Shown in pieces: positions 38,620 to 48,673 of a DNA stretch of 64,000 bases. A model generated the notes under the pieces. It was not told the DNA's origin. It saw nothing but the letters and a program-made list of their open reading frames with translations, and ran no database searches. Within the stretch, counting starts at the first letter, position 1; each line of letters begins with the position of its first letter. Where the stretch lies: NCBI GenBank assembly GCA_963713975.1, contig OY970218.1, positions 3,200,001 through 3,264,000 on the forward strand. Reading direction: 5' to 3'. The position numbers were made by a program, and so were the translations under genes. The stretch is from an uncultured Chloroflexia bacterium (GTDB lineage: Bacteria; Chloroflexota; Limnocylindria; Limnocylindrales; CSP1-4).

Positions 38620-39665
38620 GGCAACCTCGCAAAGGCGTCGACCAGCAGGCGGGTGAACCGGTCGCGGTCGATGACGATGCCCACATCCGCGTTCGGGGTC
38701 CGGCCGTCGCGCCGGAGCCGGTATGGGAGGCCGTCGCAGACCGTGCGGCCGCGGGCGGGCCCGTTCGTCGTGTCCACCGCAACGTGGTATGGCGCGACCG
38801 CGACGAGGTCCGGGACCACCAGGTGGGCGATCGCCACGGCGTCGTGGATCGCCGTCGTCAGCGACCCGGACCACTCCAGGTTGCGGTCCAGCGCATAGTC
38901 GGTGAGCTCGGCGGCCACGCGACCGGATCCGGTGCCCAGCGCCCGCAGGGCCGACGAGGCCTCGCGGTCGAGCAGCGCCTGGTGCGTCACGTCGAGGCCG
39001 ATCATCGTGATCGGCACGCCGGAGCGGAAGACGACATCCGCGGCCTCGGGGTCGGCGATGATGTTGAACTCCGCCGAGGCCGTGGTGTTCCCCTCCCCGA
39101 TCGAGCCGCCCATCAGGCACAGGTGCGAGATCCGGGCCGCCAGCTGCGGATACAGGCGCAGCAGCAGCGCGATGTTGGTGAGCGGCCCGATCGGCGCGAT
39201 CGCGACGGGCTCCAGGCTGTCCTCGATCAGGCGGGCCATAAGCGCCACGGCGCCCTCGGACCGGGCTGAGTTCGGCGATGGGTCCAGGACCGTGTCCCCG
39301 ATCCCGCTCTCGCCGTGCACCTCGGTCGCGCGCACGACCGAGCCCAGAAGGGCTCCCGCGGCACCCTCGGCCACGGGCACGTCGTCGCGGCCATAGGCGT
39401 GGAGCAGGCGCAGCGCGTTCTCGGTGCAGCGCGCGACGTCGGCGTTGCCGCCGACCGTGGTCACGGCCAGCAGCCGGATCTCCGGGCAGGCGGCCGCCAG
39501 CCCGATGGCCAGCGCGTCGTCCAGGCCCGGGTCGCTGTCGATGATCAGCGGGATCGGGTGGTCTGCGGTCCCGAACGGCGCCGAGCGCGCCCCGGCGCCC
39601 GTCCGGTGATAGGTGGGGACGGCGTGAACCGGTCCCCATTCCTCCACGTTGTGGCCCGCACTCAC
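38616..39665 (-). CDS. Nucleoside hydrolase (IU-NH family), second paralog
   Basis: IIDSDPGLDD, VHGESG, AEFNIIADPEA, IHDA. Start uncertain (GTG 39665 or 39647). Confidence 0.9.
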   Translation of the reverse strand: MSAGHNVEEWGPVHAVPTYHRTGAGARSAPFGTADHPIPLIIDSDPGLDDALAIGLAAACPEIRLLAVTTVGGNADVARCTENALRLLHAYGRDDVPVAEGAAGALLGSVVRATEVHGESGIGDTVLDPSPNSARSEGAVALMARLIEDSLEPVAIAPIGPLTNIALLLRLYPQLAARISHLCLMGGSIGEGNTTASAEFNIIADPEAADVVFRSGVPITMIGLDVTHQALLDREASSALRALGTGSGRVAAELTDYALDRNLEWSGSLTTAIHDAVAIAHLVVPDLVAVAPYHVAVDTTNGPARGRTVCDGLPYRLRRDGRTPNADVGIVIDRDRFTRLLVDAFARLP

Positions 39666-39672
39666 GCGGCGA

Positions 39673-40989
39673 TCAGCCCTGGTCGTAGGGCTGGCCGGCG
39701 GCCGCCGGGCCGCGGACGCGCCCCACGACTCCCGCCACGACGATGATCGTCGTGACGTACGGGAGGCTGTTGAGCAGCTGGGGTGGCACGTCCACGCCCA
39801 GGATCGAGAGCAGGGCCTGGGCCGAGTCCGCGAACCCGAACACCATCGCCGCACCGAACGCGTAGATGGGGTTCCAAGCCCCGAAGATGACCGCGGCCAG
39901 GGCGATGAAGCCGCGCCCCGCGCTCATCCCCATCTGGAAGCTGCCGGCGGACGCGAGGCTGAGCGAGGAGCCGGCGATGCCCGCCATGAGGCCCGCGATG
40001 ATCATCGCGCGGTAGCGGATCTTGATCACGTCGATGCCGACCGTCCCGGCGGCCGACGGCTTCTCGCCGCTCGCTCGCAGTCGCAGGCCCCACCGCGTGC
40101 GGTAGAGCATGTAGGCGAACCCCACCATCACGATTAGCGTGAAGTACAGGTAGGGCGTGCCCGAGAACACGATCGGTCCGATCACCGGGAACTGCGACAG
40201 GACCGGGATCTGGAGCGACTCGACGGTGGGCGGGGTGTTGAACTGCGTGTTCTTGGACAGCACGCGCAGATACAGGAAGTTGGTGATGCCCAGGGCGCCG
40301 ATGTTGATGACGATGCCGGCGATGATCTGGTCGACCTTCCAGCGGATGCCGAGCCAGGCAAGCAACAGGCTGACCAGGGCGCCGGCGATCGCTGCCGAGA
40401 CGATGCCGATCAGCACCGCGACGGTCGGGTTCGCACCCTCCCCGCCCACCAGCATCGCCGTACTGGCCGCGATCGAGGCCACGCAGGCACCGATCAGGAA
40501 CTTGCCCTCGATGGCGATGTTGAGCATGCCGCTGCGCTCGGAGATGATGCCCGCGAACGCGCCGAGGGCGATCGGCGCCGCCAGCGAGAGCGTTCCCCCG
40601 AGGACGCCCGTCAGGTTGGCAGGGGTGCCGGTGAGCATCGCAGCGAGTGCCGTGAAGACCCAGAACGGCAGGACGAGGAGCAGTGACCGCCGCCACGGGA
40701 ACGAGGCGCCCCGGATCAGCTGAACGAGACCCATCACGCCCGTCACGATTCCGGTGAGGATCCACATCAGCCCGACGGACGTCGAGACGGTCGCGCTCGA
40801 GCCGCCCTGCTTGTCGACCCAGAACGAGAACACGGCGGGCGTGTCGAGCGTGCTGAGCGCGAGCTGGAGGGCCCAGACGCCGAGTGCCGCCAGGATGACT
40901 CCGCGAATGCGGGCCGCCCGGAGTGCCTTGCGCTCTGCCGCGCTGACCTCTTCTGTGGCCTGGTCGAGCGTCGGAGTTGCCGCGGTCAT
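39673..40989 (-). CDS. Nucleoside ABC transporter permease (NupC/YufQ-like)
   Basis: SERSGMLNIAIEG, GLRLRASGE, AGRGFIALAA. Confidence 0.9.
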   Translation of the reverse strand: MTAATPTLDQATEEVSAAERKALRAARIRGVILAALGVWALQLALSTLDTPAVFSFWVDKQGGSSATVSTSVGLMWILTGIVTGVMGLVQLIRGASFPWRRSLLLVLPFWVFTALAAMLTGTPANLTGVLGGTLSLAAPIALGAFAGIISERSGMLNIAIEGKFLIGACVASIAASTAMLVGGEGANPTVAVLIGIVSAAIAGALVSLLLAWLGIRWKVDQIIAGIVINIGALGITNFLYLRVLSKNTQFNTPPTVESLQIPVLSQFPVIGPIVFSGTPYLYFTLIVMVGFAYMLYRTRWGLRLRASGEKPSAAGTVGIDVIKIRYRAMIIAGLMAGIAGSSLSLASAGSFQMGMSAGRGFIALAAVIFGAWNPIYAFGAAMVFGFADSAQALLSILGVDVPPQLLNSLPYVTTIIVVAGVVGRVRGPAAAGQPYDQG

Positions 40990-42188
40990 GCCGCACCCCC
41001 GTCCTGCGCGACCGCTTCGGCCCCCGGCATGCGGGTCCGGTCAAACCGGTAGAGGACGCGGATCAACCCCGGCGCCGCCACGAACATGATCACGAGCGCC
41101 TGGATGAAGAACAGCAGGTCGAGCGGGATCCCGGTCTTGACCTGCATCAGGCCGCCGCCGGTTCTCAGCGCGCCGAACAGCAGCGAGGCCGCGACGATCC
41201 CGGCCGGCCGGTTGCCGGCGAGGAGCGCCAGGGCGATCGCGTTGAACCCGTAGCCGGAGCTGATGTCGTTCGACATCTGGGGAACGGTCCCCAGGACCTC
41301 CATCGAGCCGCCGAGGCCGGCGAGCGCACCCGAGAGCGACATCGCGAGGATGATGGAGCCGCCGGCGCTCATCCCCGCGTAGCGTGCCGCGTGGAGGTTG
41401 AAGCCCGCGGCGCGCAGCTCGTAGCCCTTGGTGGTCTTGAACAGGAACCAGGACACGACGACGGCCATGACCAGCGCGACGACGAACCCCCAGTGCAGCC
41501 GGATCGCCGGCAGGTCGAGGATCGGCGGGATGCGCACCCACGCGGACAGGACCTTCGAGATCGGCTCCGAGCTGCCCTCCTTGCGCAGGAAGTCCGAGCG
41601 CAGGCCGAACAGGACGATCTGGAAGGCCACGTAGTTGAGCATGATGGTCGTGATGACCTCGTGGGCACCCGTTCGAGCCTTCAGGAAGCCCGGGATGAAG
41701 CCCCACGCGGCGCCGGTCACGATGCCCGCGACGGTCGAGAACAGGATGATCACCAGCATCGGCTGGTCCTTGAGCGCGATCGCGGCGGTAGCCGCGCCGA
41801 ACGCCCCGAGGACGAACTGGCCTTCGACGCCGATATTGAACACGCCGCTGCGGAACGAGATCGCGACCGCCAGGCCCGCGAAGATCAGCGGTGTGGCCGC
41901 GACGAGCGTCTCGGTGAGCGGGCGGATCGCTGCCGCCATCGCGCGCGGCGTGGGATCGGCGAGGGCGGCGGCGATCTTGTCCGGGTCGCCGAAGGCGCCG
42001 ATGACCATGGCGTAGTACGCGTTGCCGATCGTCCCGAGTGCGCCACCGATCGCCCCCGCGGGATCGGTCGTGATCTTCTCGAGATTTTGGAAGTCCGTGA
42101 TCAGGATGAAGATGGACCCCACGATGAACGCCGTGAGGACTGCGAGGGCCGGGATGACCGCGGGCCCCAGGGCCCCAAGTCGCCTCAA
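40986..42188 (-). CDS. Nucleoside ABC transporter permease (NupB/YufP-like)
   Basis: FNIGVEGQ, HEVITTIMLNY, GYGFNAIALALL. Confidence 0.9.
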   Translation of the reverse strand: MRRLGALGPAVIPALAVLTAFIVGSIFILITDFQNLEKITTDPAGAIGGALGTIGNAYYAMVIGAFGDPDKIAAALADPTPRAMAAAIRPLTETLVAATPLIFAGLAVAISFRSGVFNIGVEGQFVLGAFGAATAAIALKDQPMLVIILFSTVAGIVTGAAWGFIPGFLKARTGAHEVITTIMLNYVAFQIVLFGLRSDFLRKEGSSEPISKVLSAWVRIPPILDLPAIRLHWGFVVALVMAVVVSWFLFKTTKGYELRAAGFNLHAARYAGMSAGGSIILAMSLSGALAGLGGSMEVLGTVPQMSNDISSGYGFNAIALALLAGNRPAGIVAASLLFGALRTGGGLMQVKTGIPLDLLFFIQALVIMFVAAPGLIRVLYRFDRTRMPGAEAVAQDGGAA

Positions 42189-43702
42189 TGCACGCCTCCC
42201 ATCAGCATCCCGACCTTCTCGTAGGTCGCCTCCTCGCCCTCCACGATGCCTACGATCTGCCCGCCCTGCATGACGGCCACGCGGTCTCCCACCGCCAGCA
42301 CCTCGTCCAGCTCCGTGCTGACGATCAGGACGGCCGCTCCGGCATCGCGCTGCTCGACCATCCGCTTGTGGATGTACTCGATGGACCCCACGTCCAGGCC
42401 GCGGGTGGGCTGCGCGGCGATCACCAGCTTCACAGGCCGCGAGAACTCCCGCGCGACGACGACCTTCTGCTGGTTGCCGCCCGAGAGGGAGCCCGCGAAG
42501 GTGTCGATCGACGGCGTGCGGACGTCGTAGTCCGCCACCGCGGCCGTCGCCCCGTCCGCGATGGCGCCAGCGTTGAGCCTGCCGTGCCGGCTGTAGGGCT
42601 CCCGGTGATAGGTGTCCAGGATGAAGTTCTCGGCCACGGTCATGGCGCCGATCAGGCCGTCGCGTGAGCGATCCTCCGGCACATGCGCCACGCCGAGGTC
42701 CGAGATGTGACGGGGCGATGCCTTCGTGGTCACCTGGCCGTCGATGGTGATCTCGCCCGAGTCCGCCGACCGCAGGCCCACGATCGCTTCGACCAGCTCG
42801 GTCTGGCCGTTCCCCTGGACACCCGCGAGCACGACGATCTCGCCCGCCCGAAGCTCCAGACTGACGCCCTTGACGGCCATGTGCTCACGGTCGTCACGCA
42901 CGTGCAGACGCTTGATGGTGAGCACCACGTCGCCCGGAGTGGCCGGACCCTTGGCGACCGTCAACTCCACGTCACGGCCGACCATCAGGTTGGCCAGGAT
43001 CTCCCGGGTCGCATTCTTCGGCTCCACCGTGCCGGCGACCCGGCCGCGGCGCAGCACGGTGATCCGGTCGGCGACCTCGAGCACCTCGTTGAGCTTGTGG
43101 GTGATGAAGATGACCGTGGTTCCGGCCTCGGCGAGGCCGCGGATGATCCCGAACAGCTCCTCCGTCTCGAACGGCGTAAGCACCGCGGACGGCTCGTCCA
43201 GGACCAGGATGTCGCTCTTGCGGTAGAGCGCCTTGAGGATCTCGACCCGCTGGCGAACGCCCACGGGGAGGTCCTCGATCCTGGAATCGGGGTTGACGTT
43301 CAGGTTGTACTGCTCGCTCAGCTCCACGACCCGCGCCCGGGCCGTCGTGCGGTCGAACGTGCCGACCCAGCCGCTGACGCTCTCCGCGCCAAGGGCCACG
43401 GCTTCGACGACGTCGAACACGGGGACCAGCTGGAAGTGCTGGTGGACCATCCCGATGCCGGCATCGATCGCCTGCCTGGGGTCCGTGAAGTTGCGAGTCG
43501 TCCCGTCGATCAGGATCTCGCCCGAGTCAGGCTTGTAGAGGCCCGACAGGATGTTCATCAGGGTGCTCTTGCCGGCTCCGTTCTCACCCAGCAGGCCCAG
43601 AACCTCACCGCGGTCGACGGCGATCGAGATCCTGTCGTTGGCGAGCACGCCCGGGAAGCGCTTGGTGATGTCCTTGAGCTCGAGGCGCATCGACGGGTCC
43701 AT
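42185..43702 (-). CDS. Nucleoside ABC transporter ATP-binding protein (NupA/YufO-like)
   Basis: GENGAGKST, VHQHF, LSGGNQQK, AQPTRGLD. Start 43702 or 43690. Confidence 0.93.
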   Translation of the reverse strand: MDPSMRLELKDITKRFPGVLANDRISIAVDRGEVLGLLGENGAGKSTLMNILSGLYKPDSGEILIDGTTRNFTDPRQAIDAGIGMVHQHFQLVPVFDVVEAVALGAESVSGWVGTFDRTTARARVVELSEQYNLNVNPDSRIEDLPVGVRQRVEILKALYRKSDILVLDEPSAVLTPFETEELFGIIRGLAEAGTTVIFITHKLNEVLEVADRITVLRRGRVAGTVEPKNATREILANLMVGRDVELTVAKGPATPGDVVLTIKRLHVRDDREHMAVKGVSLELRAGEIVVLAGVQGNGQTELVEAIVGLRSADSGEITIDGQVTTKASPRHISDLGVAHVPEDRSRDGLIGAMTVAENFILDTYHREPYSRHGRLNAGAIADGATAAVADYDVRTPSIDTFAGSLSGGNQQKVVVAREFSRPVKLVIAAQPTRGLDVGSIEYIHKRMVEQRDAGAAVLIVSTELDEVLAVGDRVAVMQGGQIVGIVEGEEATYEKVGMLMGGVH

Positions 43703-43716
43703 CCCTCGTAATGAAG

Positions 43717-43750
43717 CGCGCCCGCCCTCGGGGTCCGAGAGCGGGCGTGC
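43717..43750. terminator. Stem-loop between BMP and ATPase genes
   Basis: cgcgcccgccctcgg...ccgagagcgggcgtgc inverted repeat; a similar hairpin follows the second BMP gene. Confidence 0.55.
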
Positions 43751-43778
43751 AGGGGTGGCTGCGGTTGGCTTCGCCTGC

Positions 43779-44933
43779 CTACTTCAGGTAGTCGGCGACC
43801 TTGATGGTCCCGGCGGCGATGTCCGTCTGGAGCTGGATGACCTCGGCCCGGAGCTCCGGAGAGACCTGGGAGTCGAGATCGTGGTACGGCGAGAGCGCCA
43901 CGCCGCCGTTGGCGAGCGTGCCGACGAAGTTCTCACCGCCCATGTCGCCACCGGCGTTCTTCTTGATGGTCTCGAGCACCGCGACGTCGATGACCTTCTG
44001 CGCGGAGGTCAGGATCGCCTTGCTGTACTCGGGCAGGGACAGTGCCTGGTCGGTGTCGACGCCGATGGCCCACTTGTTCGCGGCCAGCATGGCCTTGATC
44101 GAGCCGTTGCCGGTGCTGCCGGCGACCGGTCCGACGATGTCGGCGCCCTGGTCGATGAACTGGCTGGCGAGCTGCTCGCCCTTGGCTGCGTCGCCCCAGG
44201 GGTTGTCGCCGCCGACGAAGGTGCCGGTCTGCTTGGAAGCGTCCCAGCCGAGGAGCTTGGCGTCCGCGCCCTTCTTCTCGTTGTAGATGGCGATGCCGGC
44301 GTAGTAGCCGTCCATGAACAGCGTGACACCCGGGAACTGCTGGCCGCCGTAGGTGCCGACGACCTTGCTCTGGCTGAAGCCCGCGGCGAGGTACCCGGCG
44401 AGCGTCGCGGCCTCATCGATCTGGAAGTCCAGGCCGGTGAAGTTGGCGGGCGTGGGGCCGTTCGTCGCCTCGTCCCAGCTAGCGTCGACCTGCGAGAAGG
44501 CGATGTCCGGGTTGGCCAGCGTGGCATCGATCGTCGCCTGGGCCTGGTTGAACCCGACCGTGACGATCGACTGGCAGCCCTCGTCGATCAGGCGCTGGAT
44601 GTTGGCCGCGTAATCCGTGGCGCCCTGCGCCTCGCTGAAGGCGGTCTGGAAGCCGGCCGCACCCGCGTCCTCGAGACCCTTCTTGGCCAGGTCGTTGAAG
44701 CCCTTGTCACCAAGGCCACCGGTGTCGAACGCGACGCACGCCTTGTAGTCGGTGACCGCCGGAGCTTCGCTTTCGGGGGCCATGGACTCGGGGGCCATGG
44801 ACTCGGGGGCCATGGACTCGGCCGGGGGTGCCTCGGTCGCGACCGGGGCCGGGGTGGCTGCGGAACCGCCGCACGCGGCGATAAGGATGGCCGACGCCGC
44901 ACCGAGTGCGATCAGCCTGCGAGAGACGTGCAA
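43779..44933 (-). CDS. BMP-family (PnrA/TmpC-like) nucleoside-binding lipoprotein
   Basis: TTG after AGGAGGAG, lipobox LIAA|C, GGLGDKGFN, AIGVDTDQ; APESM x3 linker (15-bp repeat 44773-44817). Confidence 0.92.
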   Translation of the reverse strand: MHVSRRLIALGAASAILIAACGGSAATPAPVATEAPPAESMAPESMAPESMAPESEAPAVTDYKACVAFDTGGLGDKGFNDLAKKGLEDAGAAGFQTAFSEAQGATDYAANIQRLIDEGCQSIVTVGFNQAQATIDATLANPDIAFSQVDASWDEATNGPTPANFTGLDFQIDEAATLAGYLAAGFSQSKVVGTYGGQQFPGVTLFMDGYYAGIAIYNEKKGADAKLLGWDASKQTGTFVGGDNPWGDAAKGEQLASQFIDQGADIVGPVAGSTGNGSIKAMLAANKWAIGVDTDQALSLPEYSKAILTSAQKVIDVAVLETIKKNAGGDMGGENFVGTLANGGVALSPYHDLDSQVSPELRAEVIQLQTDIAAGTIKVADYLK

Positions 44934-45131
44934 CTTGTGCTCCTCCTAAAGATCCCGGGTTCCCTCGGCATGGGACCGGGCCTGCCGTACTGTAGCGCGG
45001 GAGTGCAACCGTCGGTGGCCAGACTGGGCAATGTAACTTCCCGACGCCCAAAGAAGTGCCCGACGAGCGCGTGGAGGCTGTCCAGAGTGGCGTCGAAACC
45101 GGAGCGGGAATGGGTTGCCACCCTCATCGCC

Positions 45132-45575
45132 GTGCAGGAAGGGCGCTTCCCCCTCCCGCTCCTGGACGATGCCGGCGTGCGTGCCCTGCTCCTCGACAGG
45201 CCGCGCATCGCGGTCGTCGGGGCGTCCACCAACCCCGGCCGGCCGGTCCACGGCGTCATGCAGGGCCTGCTCCGCGCGGGCTACGATCTGGTGCCCGTCA
45301 ACCCGGGGGCTGACGAGGTGCTCGGGCTCCGCTGCTACCCGTCGGTCGTGGACGCCGTACGTGAGACGGGACCCGTGGGGATCGTGGATGTCTTCCGGCG
45401 ACCCGATCGATGCGTGGAGCCGGCACGGGACGCGGTGGCCGCTGGTGCGCGGTGCCTCTGGCTGCAGTTGGGCATCGCGAACGCGGAGGCCGCACGGATC
45501 GCGCACGAGGCGGGCCTGGCCATCGTGATGGACCGCTGCCTGATCGTGGAGCACCAGCGACTGGTGGGCCGATGA
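45132..45575 (+). CDS. CoA-binding protein (YccU-like)
   Basis: IAVVGASTNPGRP, PVNPG, IVDVFRR, LWLQLGI, MDRC. Start inferred. Confidence 0.88.
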   Translation: MQEGRFPLPLLDDAGVRALLLDRPRIAVVGASTNPGRPVHGVMQGLLRAGYDLVPVNPGADEVLGLRCYPSVVDAVRETGPVGIVDVFRRPDRCVEPARDAVAAGARCLWLQLGIANAEAARIAHEAGLAIVMDRCLIVEHQRLVGR

Positions 45576-46549
45576 ACACGGCCGACCGCCGGGCCGCGCC
45601 GGAGGGGCCGTTCCTGGCCGATCCGGTGCGCGCGGCGCGGCTCGGATCGCTCGTGGCGCGGCGCGGCGCGGCATTTGCCACTGCGCTCGTCGAGGCGATG
45701 ACAGGCACGGAGCGAGATCCCCGCCACCCGGCGGCGGTCCTCCCGGCGGCCGCCGTCGCCCGCCTGGTCGAGGCGTTCGACCTCCAGGCCATCGACGAGG
45801 CGATGGTCCTCTCCATCGAGACCGCCCGAGCGCTGGCCCGTGCGCCCATCTCGGGCTACCGCGTGGGCGCGGTCGGCATGGCCGGGAGTGGCGACCTGAT
45901 CCTCGGCGGCAACCTGGAGCTCCCTGGGGCGTCGATCGCCCACACCGTTCATGGCGAAGGGTTCGTCACCCTCCTGGCCCGCGCGCGGGGCGAGCTGGTC
46001 ACCACCCTCGCGATCTCCCAGGCCCGGCCATGCGCGCACTGCCGCCAGGTGCTGGCGGAGATGGCCGGGGCGCCTGCCCTGCGGCTCATCGATCCGGCCG
46101 GCCACATGCTCCGCCTTGCCGACCTGTACCCGTGGCCCTTCGAGCCCGGCGACCTCGGCATGGACGGCGCCCTTCCGGGATCCGTCTCGTGGCCGGAGCT
46201 GGCGGTCCCGGCCGCCGCCGTGCCGGCCGATGTCGCCCGGGCGCTGGTCAGGTCCGGCGGCGCGTCCCATGCCCCCTACGGCCGGACCCCGGCCGCCGTG
46301 GCCCTCCGACTCACCGACGGCCGGCTCGTGACCGGATCCGTGCTCGAGAGCGTGGCGTTCAACCCCACGATCGGGCCCATCGCGGACGCGCTGGTCTGCC
46401 TGCTGGCGAGCGGCGCCGACTACCCGGACATCGCAGGTGCGTGGCTGGCGGTCCCGGCCGTGGCGCAGGTCGGCCACGAGGCTCCGGTCCGGGACGCCCT
46501 GGCGGCGATCGCCCCCGGTGTCCGGTTGCAGGTCACATACTGGTCCTGA
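45572..46549 (+). CDS. cdd: Cytidine deaminase, long homodimeric (E. coli/plant) type
   Basis: ARAPISGYRVGA, GNLE, TVHGE, PCAHCRQ, then a second domain SHAPY...ESVAFNPT. Confidence 0.85.
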   Translation: MNTADRRAAPEGPFLADPVRAARLGSLVARRGAAFATALVEAMTGTERDPRHPAAVLPAAAVARLVEAFDLQAIDEAMVLSIETARALARAPISGYRVGAVGMAGSGDLILGGNLELPGASIAHTVHGEGFVTLLARARGELVTTLAISQARPCAHCRQVLAEMAGAPALRLIDPAGHMLRLADLYPWPFEPGDLGMDGALPGSVSWPELAVPAAAVPADVARALVRSGGASHAPYGRTPAAVALRLTDGRLVTGSVLESVAFNPTIGPIADALVCLLASGADYPDIAGAWLAVPAVAQVGHEAPVRDALAAIAPGVRLQVTYWS

Positions 46550-46599
46550 CCTCGCGGTCCCTCCTCCACGTCGGGCGGCCGCGGTTGACGGAGGACCCG

Positions 46600-47379
46600 A
46601 TGCCCCAGATCCACCTTCACGCAGAGCAGGGTGATTACGCGCCGGTGGTCCTGCTGCCGGGCGACCCGAACCGGGCCACCCGGATCGCGGAGCGCTTCGA
46701 CGGCGGGATCGAACGGACCCGCCTCGTCACGTCGCACCGCGGCCTGCTCGGCTACACGGGCACCATCGACGGCGTCCCGGTCTCGGTGCAGACCACGATG
46801 ATGGGCACCCCCACGACCGCGATCGTGATGGAGGAGCTGCTCAACCTGGGCGTGACGACGTTCATCCGGGTCGGGACCACGGGTGGCTTCGGTGGGCTCG
46901 GCATCGGGGACGCGGTGGTCGCGCTGGCGGCCGCGGGCGCGACCGGGATCAGCGGGATCATGGGCGGCGGGGAGCCGACCGCGCCAACGGCCGACTTCGA
47001 GGTCGTGCAGGCGCTCGTGACCGCGGCCCGCGCCAACGATCTCGTGACCCACGTCGGTCCGGTCGTGACCAGCGACGTGTTCTATGACCCGCATCCGGAC
47101 GGCGTCGCTCGCTGGGGACGCCGAGGCTACCTGTGCGCGGAGATGGAGACGGCCGTGGTCTTCCTCCTGGCGATGCGCGAGCGAGCGAAGGGCGAGCCCG
47201 TCCGGGCCGGCTCGATCCTCACGGTCTCGGACGTGATCGCAGACTCGACGTTCGGCCAGGCGGTGCGGGCGCTCGGGGCCGAGAGCTGGTTCCGCCCGCC
47301 CGAGGAGGAGGTCACGCGGCGCGTGGACCTCACCATCGGTGCCGCGATGGCGGCCGCGGCGGCGCTCGGACGGGCCTGA
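46600..47379 (+). CDS. deoD: Purine-nucleoside phosphorylase, DeoD-like (PNP/UDP family)
   Basis: LLPGDPNRA, RGLLGYTG, IRVGTTG, SDVFY, EMET, LTVSD; SD GGAGG. Confidence 0.8.
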   Translation: MPQIHLHAEQGDYAPVVLLPGDPNRATRIAERFDGGIERTRLVTSHRGLLGYTGTIDGVPVSVQTTMMGTPTTAIVMEELLNLGVTTFIRVGTTGGFGGLGIGDAVVALAAAGATGISGIMGGGEPTAPTADFEVVQALVTAARANDLVTHVGPVVTSDVFYDPHPDGVARWGRRGYLCAEMETAVVFLLAMRERAKGEPVRAGSILTVSDVIADSTFGQAVRALGAESWFRPPEEEVTRRVDLTIGAAMAAAAALGRA

Positions 47380-47404
47380 ACAGGGTCTCGCAGGCCCCCG
47401 TCCC

Positions 47405-48673
47405 CTACTCCTTCACGTACGGGGTGCCGTCCGCCGCAGGCATGCGCACCCGGCCGACGAGGCCCGCGACCACGACGATCGTCGTGATGTACGGGATCAT
47501 GCTCAGGAACTCCGAAGGCACGGCGGAGCTCAGGATCGAGAGCCGGCTCTGGAGCGCGTCTGCGAACCCGAAGACCAGGCTGGCGAGAAACGCACCGATT
47601 GGCGTCCAGCCGCCGAAGATCATCGCCGCCAGTCCGATGAACCCGCGACCGGCGGTCATGTCGCGCTCGAACGAGCCGGTTGACCCGAGCGTGAAGTAGG
47701 CGCCGCCAAGACCGGCCACCATGCCCCCCAGGATCACGTTGCGGTAGCGGGTGAACTGGACGTTGATGCCCACGGTGTCTGCCGCCCGAGGGTGCTCCCC
47801 CACCGAGCGCACCCGCAGGCCGTAGCGCGTGTAGAACAGCGCGAAGTGGATGAGGCCCACCAGCACGAACAGCGCGTACACGAAGAAGCTGCCCGAGAAG
47901 AAGATGGGGCCGATGATCGGGATGTCCGATAGCACCGGGACCACGATCGGCTCGAACCTCGGCGGCGTGTTCAGTTCCTTGTTCGCGGACAGCACGCGCG
48001 TTGACAGGAACGCCGTGATCCCGGCCGAGAAGATGTTGATGACGGTGCCAGCGATGATCTGGTTCACCCGGTACCGGATGGACAGGACGGCCAGGACCGT
48101 CGCGAGCAGGCCCCCCGTGATGACAGCGCCCATGAGGCCTGCCCAGGTGCTGCCCGTGATGCTCGCGACGACGGCCGCGACGAACGACCCGGACAGGAGC
48201 ATGCCCTCGATCGCGATGTTCACCACGCCCGATCGCTCGCAGAGGACCCCGGACAGGGCCGCGAACGTGATCGGGACCGACCGGTAGAGCGTCGTCTGGA
48301 GGACACCCACGAGGCTCATCGACTTGCCGGCCGCCGTCCAGGTGAGGAACCCGAACACGAAGGCGATGAGGGCGATGGAGAGCAGGACCGCCCACTTCGC
48401 ACCGACAGCCTTGGTCAACTGCAGCGCGCCGCAGAACGCTGCCACGCCGGCCATCAGGTAGATCACCGGGGTCGACGGGATGACCATGTCGGGGAGCCGG
48501 ATCGCCGGTGCGGCGCCCAGGTTGAGGGTGAACTTCGTCTGGGTCCCGCCATCGATCCCCGAACCGAAGACGAGGATCAGTACTGCTGCCAGGGTGAAGT
48601 AGAAGACCGACAGGGCAACCGCGCGCCTGCTGAGGTGGGTGGTCCCGGGCATGACCGCGGCCCCGGCGCTCAT
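47405..48673 (-). CDS. Nucleoside ABC transporter permease (NupC-like), second system
   Basis: CERSGVVNIAIEG, GLRVRSVGEHP, AGRGFIGLAA. Confidence 0.9.
   Translation of the reverse strand: MSAGAAVMPGTTHLSRRAVALSVFYFTLAAVLILVFGSGIDGGTQTKFTLNLGAAPAIRLPDMVIPSTPVIYLMAGVAAFCGALQLTKAVGAKWAVLLSIALIAFVFGFLTWTAAGKSMSLVGVLQTTLYRSVPITFAALSGVLCERSGVVNIAIEGMLLSGSFVAAVVASITGSTWAGLMGAVITGGLLATVLAVLSIRYRVNQIIAGTVINIFSAGITAFLSTRVLSANKELNTPPRFEPIVVPVLSDIPIIGPIFFSGSFFVYALFVLVGLIHFALFYTRYGLRVRSVGEHPRAADTVGINVQFTRYRNVILGGMVAGLGGAYFTLGSTGSFERDMTAGRGFIGLAAMIFGGWTPIGAFLASLVFGFADALQSRLSILSSAVPSEFLSMIPYITTIVVVAGLVGRVRMPAADGTPYVKE

Noticed and set aside
37672-39639. 655-aa ORF suggesting fused nucleoside hydrolases
   Set aside because: The upstream half is an off-frame read; the two hydrolases are separate genes with a GTGA overlap at 38616-38619.
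44773-44817. 15-bp x3 repeat as a regulatory or mobile repeat
   Set aside because: In-frame APESM repeat in the flexible lipoprotein tether of the BMP, like the PTEAP repeats in the second BMP; ordinary.
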